A stretch of DNA of 64,000 nucleotides, taken from the NCBI RefSeq assembly GCF_051105105.1, contig NZ_CP185339.1. One strand, 5' to 3'. The translations under genes and the position numbers were made by a program. Shown piece by piece: positions 31,308 through 42,030 of this stretch. The notes below the pieces were generated by a model. That model did not search any database. It saw only the letters and a list, made by a program, of their open reading frames with translations, and had not been told where the DNA came from. Numbering within the stretch: the stretch's first letter is position 1; every line of letters begins with the position of its first letter. The stretch is from Nannocystis pusilla. GTDB taxonomy: Bacteria > Myxococcota_A > Polyangia > Nannocystales > Nannocystaceae.

Positions 31308-34300
31308 TCAGCGCCTCCTCGCGCCGAGGCGCGGCTCGTCGCGGCGCAGGATCAGGCCGTCGTGGGTGGGGCGGAAGCCGGCGGCGGTCAATGCTGCGAC
31401 CTGCGGCCAGGAGGGGGCCGGTTGATTGTCGATCTGCTCGAGCAGGACGTAGCGCTGGCCGGTGACCTCGGGCAGCAGCGCGAGGGCCTCGGCGAGCGCC
31501 GCGGTGGCGCGCCCGCGCTCCGGCTCGGCGTCGGGGAGGTGGGTGACGAGAGTGCGGGCGCCGCGGCTCAGGAAGGCGATGAGCCGGCCGTCGCGCAGGA
31601 CGACGCGGGCGCCGGCGGCCCGTTCGAACCTGGCCTCGGGGACATCCGGCCAAGGCAGCGCGGCGCCGTAGGGGTTGGCGGGATCGGTGGCGGCGAGCAG
31701 GACGGTGAAGGGCGCGTCCTCGTCGATGTCCCGGACGTCGCGCAGGCGATCCTCCGCGCCGGGCAGGGCGAACTGGGTCGCGCCGAGGCCGGCGACGAAG
31801 TAGCCGCGGCGCACCCGGCCGGCCTCCTCCATGGCCTTGAGGACAGGATAGACGGCCGCGAAGCCGCCCTCGTGATCCTCGGCGGCGACGGCCTCGCGGG
31901 TGAGGACGCCGTGGCGGGCGAGCAGCTGGCGGGCGCGGGCGGCCCGGCGCTCGGTCTCGTCGACGGGGCGCGGGGTGACGAGCGACCAGCGACCTTCGCT
32001 GCCCGGCGGGCCGCTGCGTCGGCCGCGACCGTCGACGCCGAAGCGCAGCTGCGGACGCGGGCCCCGATCGCCGCCGGCGAGGCGACTGCGCAGACAGGTG
32101 AGGGTGTCGTTGGTGACCTCGCCGGCCCACACGAGGTCCCACAGGGCCTCGAGCAGCTCGTCGACCGGGGCGCGCACCTGGGTGACGAGCTCGGCGAAGA
32201 AGGAGGCGCCGCGGGCCTGCAAGGCCTCGCGCACGCGCGCCGCGAGCTCGCCGGCCGCCGGGGTGGGGTCGGGCGCGAGCCAGGCGGCGTCGTCGGCGAG
32301 GTAGAGCGCGACGTAGCCGTCGGCCTGGCCGAGCGGCCTGACGCCGCGCCAGACGACGTCGCCGGCGCCGCACAAGACGTTGAGATCGGTGGCGCGATAG
32401 TTGGCGACCCGCGCCGGCAGGACCTCGCCCTCGAGCACGGAGGCCGGGATCGCGACTCCTTGCAATTGCTCGATCGCCTGCAGCACCGCCTCGGGGCCCT
32501 CGCGCTCGCCGCCGATGCCCTGCCACGCGAGCGAGAAGCGGCCGAGCACCGCCTGCTCGACCGGCTCGACCTCCTCGCGCAGGCGCGCCAGCGACATGCG
32601 CTTGAGCCGGCGCAGGACCTCGTCGTCGCACCACTCGAGGCCGGCGCCGCGGGGGATGAACTCGCCCTCGACGACCTTGCCGCGGGCGGCGAGCCGGCGC
32701 AGGGCGCCGATGACGAGCGCGGTGCCGACGGCGAAGCGCTGGGCCAGCCACTCGGCGCGGAAGGGGCCGTGCGTGCGCGCGTGGCGGGCGACGAGGTCGG
32801 CCAGCGGATCTTCCACGGACTCGAGGAACACCGCCGGCAGGCCCGGCGGCGAGACGACGCCGAGGGCGTCGCGGTAGCGGCCGGCGTCCTCGGCGGCGAT
32901 GTAGCGCCAGCGACCGCCGAGCTTGACCTTGACGATCCGGCGGGTGTGCGTGAGCTCGGCCAGCCAGCGATCGATGTCGTCTTCGGGGACGCCGGCGCGG
33001 GCGACGAGGTCGTCGCGGTCCTGATCGCCGAGCGCGAGCAGCAGGTCGTGGACCTCGTCGGGATGGTTCAGCTTGCGAGCGCGCCGCTGCAGGGTCGCCT
33101 CGAGCTCGGCGATCGCGTCGGCGTCGAGGAGGTCGCGCAGGGCGGCCTCGCCGAGCAGCGCCTTGAGGCGCGCGTGGTCGATGGTCAGCGCCTGGGCGCG
33201 TCGCTCGGCCAGCGGGGCGTCGCCCTCGTACATGAAGTTGCCGACGTAGGAGAACAGCAGGGCCGCGGCGAACGGGCTCGGGCTGCGCGTCTCGACGTCG
33301 ACGACCTTGATCGCGCGCTGCTCGACGCGGCGCAGCAGGTCGACGCAGCCGGGCAGGTCGAACACGTCCTTCAGGCACTCGCGGTAGGTCTCGAGCACGA
33401 CCGGGAAGTCGCGGAAGCGCGAGGCGGCGGCCAGCAGGTCGGCCGACTTGCGCCGCATGGCCCACAGCGGGGTGCGCTGGCCGGGCCTTCGCTTGACCAG
33501 CAGCAGCGCCCGCCCGGCGTTCTCGCGGAAGCGGGTGGCGAACAGCGAGGTCTCGGCCAGGCGCGCGACCACGCGATCCTCGAGCTCGTCGGCGCGCGGG
33601 AAGAATTGCGTCGGGTCGGGCGCGCGCTCGGCCTCGGGCAGGCGGAACACGATGCCGTCGTCGGACCAGACGACGTCGAGCTCGGCGGCGTAGCGCTCGA
33701 GCAGGGCGCTGCGCACGGCCATGGCCCACGGGGCGTGCACCGCGGCGCCGAACGGCGAGAGGATGCAGACGCGCCAGTCGCCGATCTCGTCGCGGAAGCG
33801 CTCGACGACGATCGTGCGATCGGTGGGCAAGGTCTTGGCCGCCTCCTGCTCCTCGCGCACGTACTGCAGGAGGCTGCGGGCCGCGGCCGGATCGAGGCAG
33901 TGCTGCTGGACGAGGCGGGCCTCGGCGTCGGCGTCGGACAGCGCCCCGAGCTCGCGGATCAGCGCGCCGATCGCCTGGCCGAACTCGAGCGGGCGCCCGG
34001 GGCCGTCGCCGCGCCAGAACGGCAGCTTGCCCGGCTCGCCCGGGGCCGGCGAGACGAGCACGCGGTCGTGGGTGATCTCTTCGATGCGCCACGACGAGGC
34101 GCCGAGCACGAACACGTCGCCGATCCGCGACTCGAACACCATCTCCTCGTCGAGCTCGCCGACGCGGCGGCCGCCCTCGCCGCTGCCGGCGAGGAAGACG
34201 CCGAACAGGCCGCGGTCGGGGATGCTGCCGGCGTTGCCGATCGCCACCCGACGGGCGCCGTGGCGCGCCGACAGCTGGCCGGTGACGCGGTCGTAGTTGA

Positions 34301-35783
34301 CGCGCGGGCGCAGGTCGGCGAAGTCCTCGCTCGGGTAGCGGCCGCTGAGCATGTCGAGCACGCCCTCGAAGGCGTCGCGCGGCAGCTCGGCGTACGGGGC
34401 GGCGGCGCGCAGCTTGTCGTACAGCGCCTCGGCGGCCCAGTCGTCCATCGCCACCGCGGCGACGACCTGCTGGGCGAGGATGTCGAGCGGGTTGCGAGGG
34501 TAACGCGACGACTCGACCTCGCCGGCGAGCATGGCCCGCGCCGCGGCGGCGCACGGCAGCAGGTCGCCGCGGAACTTGGGGATGATGACGCCGCGCGAGC
34601 GCCCGCCGACGTGGTGGTTGGCCCGGCCGACGCGCTGCATGCCGGCGGCGATCGAGGGCGGCGAGGCCAGCTGGATCACGAGGTCGACCGCGCCCATGTC
34701 GATGCCGAGGTCGAGCGAGGAGGTGGCGACGATCGCCGGCAAGGTGCCGCGCTTGAGCTGCTCCTCGACCCCGGCGCGCACGTCCTTGGCCATCGAGCCG
34801 TGGTGCGCGAGCGCCAGCGGCTCGCCGGCGGCCTCGTTGAGCGCCGCGGCGAGCCGCTCGGCGAGGCGGCGGCTGTTGACGAACAGCATCGTCGAGCGAT
34901 GCGCGCGGATCAGCTCGACGAGGCGCGGGTGCAGGGCGGTGAGGTTGGAGCGCGGCAGGCCCGAGATCGCGGTGGGCCCCTCGTTCGCGGCCGGCGGGAC
35001 GTCCTCGATGCTCGCCCCGGGCTCCTCGACGGGCAGCTCGATCCGCAGGTCGAGCTGCTTGACCTGGCCGGCGTCGACGATCGTCACCGGCCGCGGCGCG
35101 ACCGCGTCGCCGTCGACCAGCGAGCCGCCGAGGAAGCGCGCGACCTCGGTGAGCGGGCGCTGGGTCGCGGACAGGCCGATCCGCTGCAGCGGCCGCGCGC
35201 CGGCGCGGAGCCACTCGAGGCGCTCGAGCGAGAGCGCGAGGTGGCTGCCGCGCTTGCTGGCGACGAGGCTGTGGATCTCGTCGACGATCACGGTGTCGAC
35301 CGATCGCAGCATCGCCCGCGATTCGCTGGTCAGCAGCATGTACAGCGATTCGGGCGTGGTGATGAGAATGTCGGGCGGGTGGCGCTGCATGTGCGCGCGC
35401 GCCTTTTGCGGGGTGTCGCCGCTGCGGATCGCCACCGTCGGGGTGTGGACGGTCATGCCGAGCCGGTCCGCGGTGGCGGCGATGCCGGCCAGCGGCGAGC
35501 GCAGGTTCTGCTCAACGTCGACCCCGAGCGCCTTGATCGGCGAGACGTAGACGACGCGGCAGCGCTCCGCCGGCGGCGGCACCGGCGCGAACATGACGCG
35601 GTTGATGGCGCCGAGGAACGCCGCCAGCGTCTTGCCCGAGCCCGTGGGCGCCAGGAGCAGCGTCGATTCGCCGGCCTCGATCGCCGGCCAGCCCGCGACC
35701 TGCGCCGACGTTGGCGCATCGAAGCAGGCCTCGAACCACGCGCGGGCGGCCGGGTGGAGGAACGCGAGCGGATCGCCGATCAC
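31308..35783 (-). CDS. lhr: Lhr-type large ATP-dependent DNA helicase.
   Basis: Walker A APTGSGKT, DEIH box and an approximately 1490-aa Lhr architecture. A GTG start at 35783 (VIGDPLAF) is preferred over the track ATG at 35909. Confidence 0.9.
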   Translation of the reverse strand: MIGDPLAFLHPAARAWFEACFDAPTSAQVAGWPAIEAGESTLLLAPTGSGKTLAAFLGAINRVMFAPVPPPAERCRVVYVSPIKALGVDVEQNLRSPLAGIAATADRLGMTVHTPTVAIRSGDTPQKARAHMQRHPPDILITTPESLYMLLTSESRAMLRSVDTVIVDEIHSLVASKRGSHLALSLERLEWLRAGARPLQRIGLSATQRPLTEVARFLGGSLVDGDAVAPRPVTIVDAGQVKQLDLRIELPVEEPGASIEDVPPAANEGPTAISGLPRSNLTALHPRLVELIRAHRSTMLFVNSRRLAERLAAALNEAAGEPLALAHHGSMAKDVRAGVEEQLKRGTLPAIVATSSLDLGIDMGAVDLVIQLASPPSIAAGMQRVGRANHHVGGRSRGVIIPKFRGDLLPCAAAARAMLAGEVESSRYPRNPLDILAQQVVAAVAMDDWAAEALYDKLRAAAPYAELPRDAFEGVLDMLSGRYPSEDFADLRPRVNYDRVTGQLSARHGARRVAIGNAGSIPDRGLFGVFLAGSGEGGRRVGELDEEMVFESRIGDVFVLGASSWRIEEITHDRVLVSPAPGEPGKLPFWRGDGPGRPLEFGQAIGALIRELGALSDADAEARLVQQHCLDPAAARSLLQYVREEQEAAKTLPTDRTIVVERFRDEIGDWRVCILSPFGAAVHAPWAMAVRSALLERYAAELDVVWSDDGIVFRLPEAERAPDPTQFFPRADELEDRVVARLAETSLFATRFRENAGRALLLVKRRPGQRTPLWAMRRKSADLLAAASRFRDFPVVLETYRECLKDVFDLPGCVDLLRRVEQRAIKVVDVETRSPSPFAAALLFSYVGNFMYEGDAPLAERRAQALTIDHARLKALLGEAALRDLLDADAIAELEATLQRRARKLNHPDEVHDLLLALGDQDRDDLVARAGVPEDDIDRWLAELTHTRRIVKVKLGGRWRYIAAEDAGRYRDALGVVSPPGLPAVFLESVEDPLADLVARHARTHGPFRAEWLAQRFAVGTALVIGALRRLAARGKVVEGEFIPRGAGLEWCDDEVLRRLKRMSLARLREEVEPVEQAVLGRFSLAWQGIGGEREGPEAVLQAIEQLQGVAIPASVLEGEVLPARVANYRATDLNVLCGAGDVVWRGVRPLGQADGYVALYLADDAAWLAPDPTPAAGELAARVREALQARGASFFAELVTQVRAPVDELLEALWDLVWAGEVTNDTLTCLRSRLAGGDRGPRPQLRFGVDGRGRRSGPPGSEGRWSLVTPRPVDETERRAARARQLLARHGVLTREAVAAEDHEGGFAAVYPVLKAMEEAGRVRRGYFVAGLGATQFALPGAEDRLRDVRDIDEDAPFTVLLAATDPANPYGAALPWPDVPEARFERAAGARVVLRDGRLIAFLSRGARTLVTHLPDAEPERGRATAALAEALALLPEVTGQRYVLLEQIDNQPAPSWPQVAALTAAGFRPTHDGLILRRDEPRLGARRR

Positions 35784-35946
35784 GCCTGAAGATGGCCGAG
35801 ATGGCTGCACATGCAAGCAGCGCCGCCAGCGAGCCCAGCCGTGAATCTTGCGATCGACGGCGCGCCGCGGAGCCCGAGCACGCGCGGGTGGGGCGTCGTC
35901 TTTCCTCACTCGCGCGACGCGGCGATTCAGCGCACGCGCGGCGGCC

Positions 35947-37095
35947 TCACGGCTTGCGGCCGGTCTTGTAGCGCGGGTTGCTGTCGTGCCACTCGAACGC
36001 GCCGCCCATCCACGCCCGCAGGGCGCGCAGGAACCGCTGCAGCTCGACGCTGGGGACGGCCTGCAGCTCGCGGTGGCTGGCCTCGAAGTCGCGGACGAGG
36101 TCGTTGTGCAGCTGGACGGTGACCTCGGTCGCCTCGTCGATCGAGCAGCCGCGATCGGCCTTGACCTGCAGCACCATGTTGCACGGCGGCTTCGCGTCCT
36201 CGAGGTCCTTGGCCACCGAATAGAGGTCGTTGACGAGGACGACCGTCGTGCCGGCCAGGAACGCGGCGCGGCGGATCCGCGCGTCGTAGAAGAGCTCGGC
36301 GGGCAGGCGGTAGCCGCCGATGACGTCGCACAGCGTCATCGAGGTGTAAAAGCTGTCGTGCTGGCGCGCGGCCAGGTACTTCCACGCCGGCGGGTACTCG
36401 CCGGTGTGGCGCCACGCCGCGTAGGCGCTCCACGACACGAACATGGCGAAGGTCGCGTAGCAGGTGCGCTGGACCTGCTCGTGCGTGGCGTAGCGGCCCA
36501 TGTGCTCGAGGCCCGAGCGCAGGGCGACGAGCACGCGCTCGGCGTCGATCGCCTGCTCGAGCGGGACGCTGAACTCGCCGGCGCGCGGCAGCGGATCCAT
36601 CGCGGACATCGCCAGGACGAGGCGCGGCGGCAGCTGCTCCGGGACCGCCCCGAGCGCGCTGTCGTCGGCGTAGTAGTCGTCGGCGGCCCACCACGCGGCG
36701 TTCATCTTGGCGCCGATGAGCAGCCGATCCGGATCGTCGCAGTCGGCGTGGGTGAGCATCACCAGCCGGCCGAACCGGGTCTTGCGGATCTTGACGATCT
36801 CGTCGTCGTCGAAGCCGCAGTCCTTGGCCCAGGCGGCGAGCCGCTCGTCGACCTCGTCGGCCAGCGGCTCGTTGATGCGCTCGGTGATCGGGCAGTACAG
36901 CGGCGACGCGCTGCCGTCGCCCCAGCGCCGCCAGGCGTACGCGGGATCGAGGGCCGGCTGCGGCGGGTCGAGGTCGCCGGCGCGGGCCCGATTCAGGAGC
37001 TGCGCGAGGCGAGCGGCGTGCGTCCCCAGGCCGGTCGGTCCGGCGAGGAGGGCGGATACATCGTGCGGGTCCGTCGTGCGCTTGGCCTCAGTCAT
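35947..37095 (-). CDS. Class I terpene cyclase, 2-methylisoborneol-synthase type.
   Basis: Mg-binding motifs AADDYYADD (compare DDCYCED) and VNDLYSVAKDLE (compare NDLYSYTKE). The N-terminal approximately 70 aa are Pro/Ala-rich and low-complexity. It is the last gene of the encapsulin operon. Confidence 0.8.
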   Translation of the reverse strand: MTEAKRTTDPHDVSALLAGPTGLGTHAARLAQLLNRARAGDLDPPQPALDPAYAWRRWGDGSASPLYCPITERINEPLADEVDERLAAWAKDCGFDDDEIVKIRKTRFGRLVMLTHADCDDPDRLLIGAKMNAAWWAADDYYADDSALGAVPEQLPPRLVLAMSAMDPLPRAGEFSVPLEQAIDAERVLVALRSGLEHMGRYATHEQVQRTCYATFAMFVSWSAYAAWRHTGEYPPAWKYLAARQHDSFYTSMTLCDVIGGYRLPAELFYDARIRRAAFLAGTTVVLVNDLYSVAKDLEDAKPPCNMVLQVKADRGCSIDEATEVTVQLHNDLVRDFEASHRELQAVPSVELQRFLRALRAWMGGAFEWHDSNPRYKTGRKP

Positions 37096-37186
37096 CGCTC
37101 GCCTCTGTTGCAGCGGCCGCCTGAATCCGGCGGAAAATTGCGCGGTGCGGGAGGTATGGTCATACCCCCCGCCGGTGCCGTCATTC

Positions 37187-38053
37187 TCAGCGGACGATGC
37201 GGTCCGCGACGATCAGGAGGTAGTGGAAGCTGCCCTCCTTGTAGGCCCGCAGGAACGGATCCTCGACGCCGGTGGCGACCGAGCAGCGGGTCCGGAGCTC
37301 CCAGTACGGGATCGTGTCGGGGGTCAGGTCGGTGACCTCGATCGGCACCAGGTTGTTGGCCGCCATCGCCTTGAAGTACTCGCTGCGCGGGTGGATGTTG
37401 CAGATGTACTTGGCGTCGATCTCGCTGACGGCGCGCGAGCGGCCGCCGGTGATGTCGTTGTAGCAGCCGGTGATGCAGACGTAGCGCCCGCCGTCCTTCA
37501 GCAGCCGCGAGAACTCGCCGTACAGCTTGAACAGGTCGACGTACATCGTGGTCTCGTTGGTCCAGATGGCGTCGATCGAGCCGGTCTCGAAGCCGGTGTC
37601 GAGCATGTTGCGGAAGTGGTACTTCAGCTTGTCAGTGTACCCGCGCTTGGCGGCCTGCTCGTTGGCGAAGCCGACCTGGTACTCCGAGATCGACACGCCG
37701 TCGACCTGGCACTTGAACTTCTCGTAGGCCATGAGGCTGGTGCCGCCGCGGCCGGAGCCGGCGTCGAGCAGGCGGCTCTCGGGCTTGATCGGGCCGAGCT
37801 TCCCCAGCAGGTGCACCGCCTGCGCGTGCTCGAGGCGGTGCAGCTCGCGGATGATGGCGTCGTCGCGCGTGGCCTCGGGCTGCTCCAGCACCGACCAATT
37901 GACGGCGCCGATCCCGTAGTGGTGGTGGTAGTAGCCGTCGACGTGGCCGAGCAGCAGATTGACGGGGTCGTTCTGGTTGGTGTTCCAGTAGTTGGCGACC
38001 GACTTCTGGTATTCGCTGCGCAGGACGCTATTGGCCGTGGTGGGCGTGTTCAT
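37187..38053 (-). CDS. Geranyl diphosphate 2-C-methyltransferase (SAM-dependent; 2-MIB pathway).
   Basis: Near-collinear with Streptomyces GPPMT (SCO7701). Shared segments: YWN...PVNLLLGHVDGYYHHHYGIG, LDAGSGRGG, TNETTMYVDL, GGRYVCITGCYN, CNIHPRSEYFKAMAANNLVP, LTPDTIPYWELR, KEGSFHYLLIVADRI. Confidence 0.9.
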   Translation of the reverse strand: MNTPTTANSVLRSEYQKSVANYWNTNQNDPVNLLLGHVDGYYHHHYGIGAVNWSVLEQPEATRDDAIIRELHRLEHAQAVHLLGKLGPIKPESRLLDAGSGRGGTSLMAYEKFKCQVDGVSISEYQVGFANEQAAKRGYTDKLKYHFRNMLDTGFETGSIDAIWTNETTMYVDLFKLYGEFSRLLKDGGRYVCITGCYNDITGGRSRAVSEIDAKYICNIHPRSEYFKAMAANNLVPIEVTDLTPDTIPYWELRTRCSVATGVEDPFLRAYKEGSFHYLLIVADRIVR

Positions 38054-38122
38054 GATCGTTGGTTCTCTTTCGTTGCACTGTGACGAGGCGCCCCAAGGTG
38101 GCGCCTGCCTCGGCGAGGGCGC

Positions 38123-39526
38123 TCAGCGCCCGATCTCGATGTTTTCCAGGATCCCGAGCGCGTCCGGGATCAGGACCGCTGCGGAGTAGTAGGTGCTGAC
38201 GAGGTACGAGGCGACCGCCTTCTCGTTGGTGCCCATCCTGCGGACGGACAGGCCGGGTTCGCGCTCGTCGGGGAGGCCGCTGCGATACAGGCCGATGACG
38301 CCCTGGGCGTCCTGGCCGACGCGCATGGCGAGGATCGAGCTGGTCTGCGTCTCGGAGATCGGAATCTTGTCGCACGGGAGGATCGGCACGCCGCGCCAGC
38401 CGGCGACGATGGACCCCTCGTATTCGACGTTCGGCGGATCGAGCCGGCGGCGGGTGCACTCGCGGCGGAAGGCGGCGATCGTCCGCGGGTGGGCCAGGAA
38501 AAACCGGGTCTTGCGGCGCCGGCACAGCAGCTCGTCCATGTCGTCGGGCGTCGGCGGGCCGCTGCGAGTGTTGATCCGCTGCTTGTAATCGGCGTTGTGA
38601 AGCAGGCCGAAGTCGCGGTTGTTGACGAGCTCGTACTCCTGCCGCTCGCGCAGGGCGTCGATGGTCAGGCGCAGCTGCTCCTCGAGCTGGTCCATCGGAT
38701 CGTTGAACAGATCCGACACCCGCGAATGGACCTGCAGGATGGTCTGCGCGAGGCTCAATTCGTACTCGCGCGGCGAGGCCTCGTAATCGACGAAGGTGCC
38801 CGGCAAGGTGACCTCGCCGTGGTGGCCGGCGGTCAAGCGGATGGCGGCCTGGCCGTGCTTGTCCTGCGGGGTCTTCAGCAGCTCCTTGTAGCGCTCGACG
38901 TGGGCGCGCAGGGCGCCCGAGCGGCCGATCAGCTCCTCGAACACCGCCTGCGGCAGCGCGAGGACGATGCACGGCGTGACCGCCTTGACGCTGTAGTCCC
39001 AGGCGTCGTCGTCCTGCACGAGCGCCTGATCGCCGAAGTGGGCGCCGTCGGCGATCACCTCGAGCAGGGCCTCCTCGCCGTAAGGACCCTGGCCGAGCTT
39101 GTGGGCCTTGCCGTGGACCAGCAGGTACACATGATCGGCCGGCTTGCCGCGCTCGGCGATGAGCTGCCCCGGCTTGAACTCGGACTGCACGAAACGGCTG
39201 GCGAGGTGCGACAGCACCTCGTCGTCGGAAAATCCGCGCAGGAGCGGCAGCTCGGTGAGCTCGGCCGGGATCACCTGAGCCTTGGCGCCGATGTTGGTAA
39301 ACTCGATCCGTCCGTCCCCGACCGCGACGTTCATGCGGCGATTGACGCGGAACGTGCCACCGGTGACGTCGACCCAGGGCAGCGAGCGGAGCAGCCAGCG
39401 AGGCGTGCGCCCCTGGTTCTGCGGCGGGGTCTTGGTGGTCGTCGCCAGCTGCCGCGCGGCCCGGGTCCCGAGGCTCATCGGCTGCTGTCCGTCGCCGTCA
39501 CGGCCGGACTTCTCGAACATCGACAT
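38123..39526 (-). CDS. Family 2B encapsulin shell protein (an HK97-fold capsid-like C-terminal part with an inserted N-terminal CAP-type cNMP-binding domain), copy 2.
   Basis: 467 aa. cNMP-binding segment [38 protein letters not shown]. It is paralogous to the upstream gene. Such proteins were historically annotated as cnb in mib operons. A GGAGA Shine-Dalgarno sequence sits 8 nt upstream. Confidence 0.8.
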   Translation of the reverse strand: MSMFEKSGRDGDGQQPMSLGTRAARQLATTTKTPPQNQGRTPRWLLRSLPWVDVTGGTFRVNRRMNVAVGDGRIEFTNIGAKAQVIPAELTELPLLRGFSDDEVLSHLASRFVQSEFKPGQLIAERGKPADHVYLLVHGKAHKLGQGPYGEEALLEVIADGAHFGDQALVQDDDAWDYSVKAVTPCIVLALPQAVFEELIGRSGALRAHVERYKELLKTPQDKHGQAAIRLTAGHHGEVTLPGTFVDYEASPREYELSLAQTILQVHSRVSDLFNDPMDQLEEQLRLTIDALRERQEYELVNNRDFGLLHNADYKQRINTRSGPPTPDDMDELLCRRRKTRFFLAHPRTIAAFRRECTRRRLDPPNVEYEGSIVAGWRGVPILPCDKIPISETQTSSILAMRVGQDAQGVIGLYRSGLPDEREPGLSVRRMGTNEKAVASYLVSTYYSAAVLIPDALGILENIEIGR

Positions 39527-39607
39527 GTCATCGTCTCCAGGCAGGCATCACGGACGGTGGCGCCCCGGGCCGCGAGGACCGGAGCGCCGATGGGCGCGAC
39601 AGGGCCG

Positions 39608-41005
39608 TCAGTCGGCGCGGCCGATCTCGACGCTCTCGAGGATGCCGAGGGCGTCCGGGATCTGGACGGCGGCCGAGTAATAGAGGCTGACCAGGTACGA
39701 GATGATCGCCTTCTCGTTGATGCCCATGAAGCGCACCGACAGGCTCGGCTCGATCTCGTCGGGGATGCCCTTGTGGTGCAGGCCGATGACGCCCTGGTTC
39801 TTCTCGCCGACGCGCATCAGCAGGATCGAGGTGGTGCGCGTGTCGGAGATCGGGATCTTGTTGCACGGGAAGATCGGCACGCCGCGCCACGAGGGGACGT
39901 GATGGCCGCCCAGATCGATCGGCGTCGGGTAGATGCCCGCGCGGTTGCACTCGTGGCCGAACGCCGCGATGGTCCGCGGGTGGGCGAGGAAGAAAGCCGG
40001 CTCCTTCCACACCAGCGCCAGCAGGTTGTCCATGTCGTCCGGCGTCGGCGGGCCGCTGCGGGTGTGAATCCGCTGCTTGAGGTCGGCGTTGTGAAGCAGG
40101 CCGAACTCGTGGTCGTTGATGAGCTCGTGCTCCTGGCGCTCCTTCAGCGCCTCGACGGTCAGGCGCAGCTGCTCCTGCGTCTGATTCATCGGGTCGTTGA
40201 ACAGGTCGGCCACGCGCGTGTGGACCTGCAGGACGGTCTGGGCGACGCTGAGCTCGAACTCCCGCGGCGAGGTCTCGTAGTCGACGAAGGTGCCCGGCAG
40301 CACGGGCTCGCCCGAGTGGCCGGCGGCGACCTCGATCGCGGCCTGGCCGCTGTTGTCCTGCTTCTTCTGCGAGCGCGCCTTGAACTCCTCGACGTGCTTG
40401 CGCAGCGACGGGTGCTGGGCGACCAGCTCCTCGAAGGACGCCTGCGACAGGGTGAGGACGGTGCCGGCGGTCACTGCCTTGGCGGTGAACGTCCAGTAGT
40501 CCTGGGATTCGAGGATCGCCTGGTACGAGTAATGATCGCCGTCGGCCAGGGTCTCCAGGATGCTCTCGTCGCCGTACTTGCCGGTGCCGATCTTGTTGAC
40601 CTTGCCGTGGGCGATGAGGACCATCTCGTTGGCCTCGTTGCCCTTCTGCGTCAGGACGTCGCCCGCCTTGAACTCCTTCTGGACGAAGCGACCGGCGAGG
40701 ACACCCAGCACCTCGAGGTCTTCGTAGCCGCGGAACAGCGGCAGCTCGGTCAGCTCCAGCGGCACGACCTGGATCTTGGCGCCGGTGTTGTAGAAGGTGA
40801 CGCGGCCGTCGCCGACGGCGTAGCTCAGGCGACGATTGAGGCGGAAGACGCCGTTGACGTGCACCCAGGGCAACAATTTGAGCAGCCAGCGGGACGAGAT
40901 TCCCTGCATCTGCGGCGGGGACTTCGTCGTGGTGGCGAGCTGGCGCGCTGCAGCCGTCGAGAGGCTGGTCTGCTGATCATTTCCCGGCTTTCCTGCGATC
41001 GACAT
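39608..41005 (-). CDS. Family 2B encapsulin shell protein, copy 1.
   Basis: About 465 aa. The start was set at MSIAGKPG (AAGGA Shine-Dalgarno sequence 7 nt upstream), which aligns with MSMFEKSG of copy 2. cNMP-binding segment [40 protein letters not shown]. Confidence 0.8.
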   Translation of the reverse strand: MSIAGKPGNDQQTSLSTAAARQLATTTKSPPQMQGISSRWLLKLLPWVHVNGVFRLNRRLSYAVGDGRVTFYNTGAKIQVVPLELTELPLFRGYEDLEVLGVLAGRFVQKEFKAGDVLTQKGNEANEMVLIAHGKVNKIGTGKYGDESILETLADGDHYSYQAILESQDYWTFTAKAVTAGTVLTLSQASFEELVAQHPSLRKHVEEFKARSQKKQDNSGQAAIEVAAGHSGEPVLPGTFVDYETSPREFELSVAQTVLQVHTRVADLFNDPMNQTQEQLRLTVEALKERQEHELINDHEFGLLHNADLKQRIHTRSGPPTPDDMDNLLALVWKEPAFFLAHPRTIAAFGHECNRAGIYPTPIDLGGHHVPSWRGVPIFPCNKIPISDTRTTSILLMRVGEKNQGVIGLHHKGIPDEIEPSLSVRFMGINEKAIISYLVSLYYSAAVQIPDALGILESVEIGRAD

Positions 41006-41173
41006 GACTATCCTTTTCACGGGCAGCTCTGCTGCCGTTTCCAAAATTCTGCTCGACAGGGGGCCGTGTCGGCGAAATTCGGCCCTTCGCGGTTCGAGCT
41101 CGCGGGCGGAGGTTACGCTCCGTCATCGCGAGGCGTCAAGACAAATTCGGGGAACGAAGATTAATTAAACGAT

Positions 41174-41194
41174 GCATTCGCGACTGTCGAATGC
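41174..41194. promoter_or_regulatory. Inverted repeat GCATTCG-n7-CGAATGC next to the low-GC TTAATTAA element in the leader of the encapsulin/2-MIB operon.
   Basis: Read directly from the sequence, about 170 nt upstream of the first encapsulin start. Confidence 0.35.
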
Positions 41195-42003
41195 GCGACC
41201 CAGCGCGCGGAGGGCCAGGTAAACCGAGCTGCGCCGGGTCGCGCGATTCGAAGCGAGTCCCGCACTGCCATGCAGGAAATGATGCGTGTTCTATTCGTGA
41301 CCCGGTGCTGCGATGTAACCCGGGGTGTGCGGAGGGTCCGAACGAGCGGCGGAAGTGGCGATTCCGATCTGCGGCTGATTCGCGGCGCACGCGAAATGCA
41401 CATGGTCGGCGGCGCCCCGGGAGAGTTCGTAAAGGCGTGACCGCGGCGGTCGCTGATTCCCGCGCGGCGCGGGCCCGCACGCGGCCCGCGGGCAGGCAAT
41501 GGCCATTGTGATCGCGCGGCATTGCACCGCCCGCGCGACGCGAGGGCGCAGGCCCGCGCCGCCGCATCGACGCGCAGGGTCGCGCCAGGGCGCGTGAGCG
41601 CGGGCAATACGCTGTTCCCGCGACGGTCGCGATCTCCTTTATTAAGGTCGAGGTAAGGCCCGACGAAATGCGAGCGAGGGCGAGTCGCGCGCGGCGCCGC
41701 GACCGGGCCGGAGGGCCGGGCGCGTATACGCGAGGCGGACGCGACGCGCGCCCCGCCGATGGGCCCGCGGGCCGGTGCAGCGCGCGTGCGGTGCCGGGGC
41801 GCGTGAGCGACGGCCGGCTGCGGCGCCGCGAGTGCGGGCCGAACGACCCGGAGGGCGAGGGCGACAGGCTATCATTGGAATCGGGCGAGAACCACCGACC
41901 TCGACCGTGAGGCCCCATTCGCAATGGGCGTCGCGGCCGGCGGTGAATGCGTCGTCGATGCGATCGGAGGTGGGCCCGGCGCGAGCCCCATTGAAGGAAG
42001 CGG

Positions 42004-42030
42004 CCGAACGCCGTGTCTCACGGCGTTCGG
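42004..42030 (-). terminator. Perfect 12-bp-stem hairpin CCGAACGCCGTG-tct-CACGGCGTTCGG, 15 nt 3' of the fibrinogen-like lipoprotein stop.
   Basis: Read directly from the sequence. Confidence 0.5.

Noticed and set aside
41191-41511. ORFs in the 1-kb encapsulin leader (41191-41511+, 41136-41924-, 41668-41910+).
   Set aside because: Arg/Gly-rich, with no Shine-Dalgarno sequence or domains. The region is treated as non-coding.
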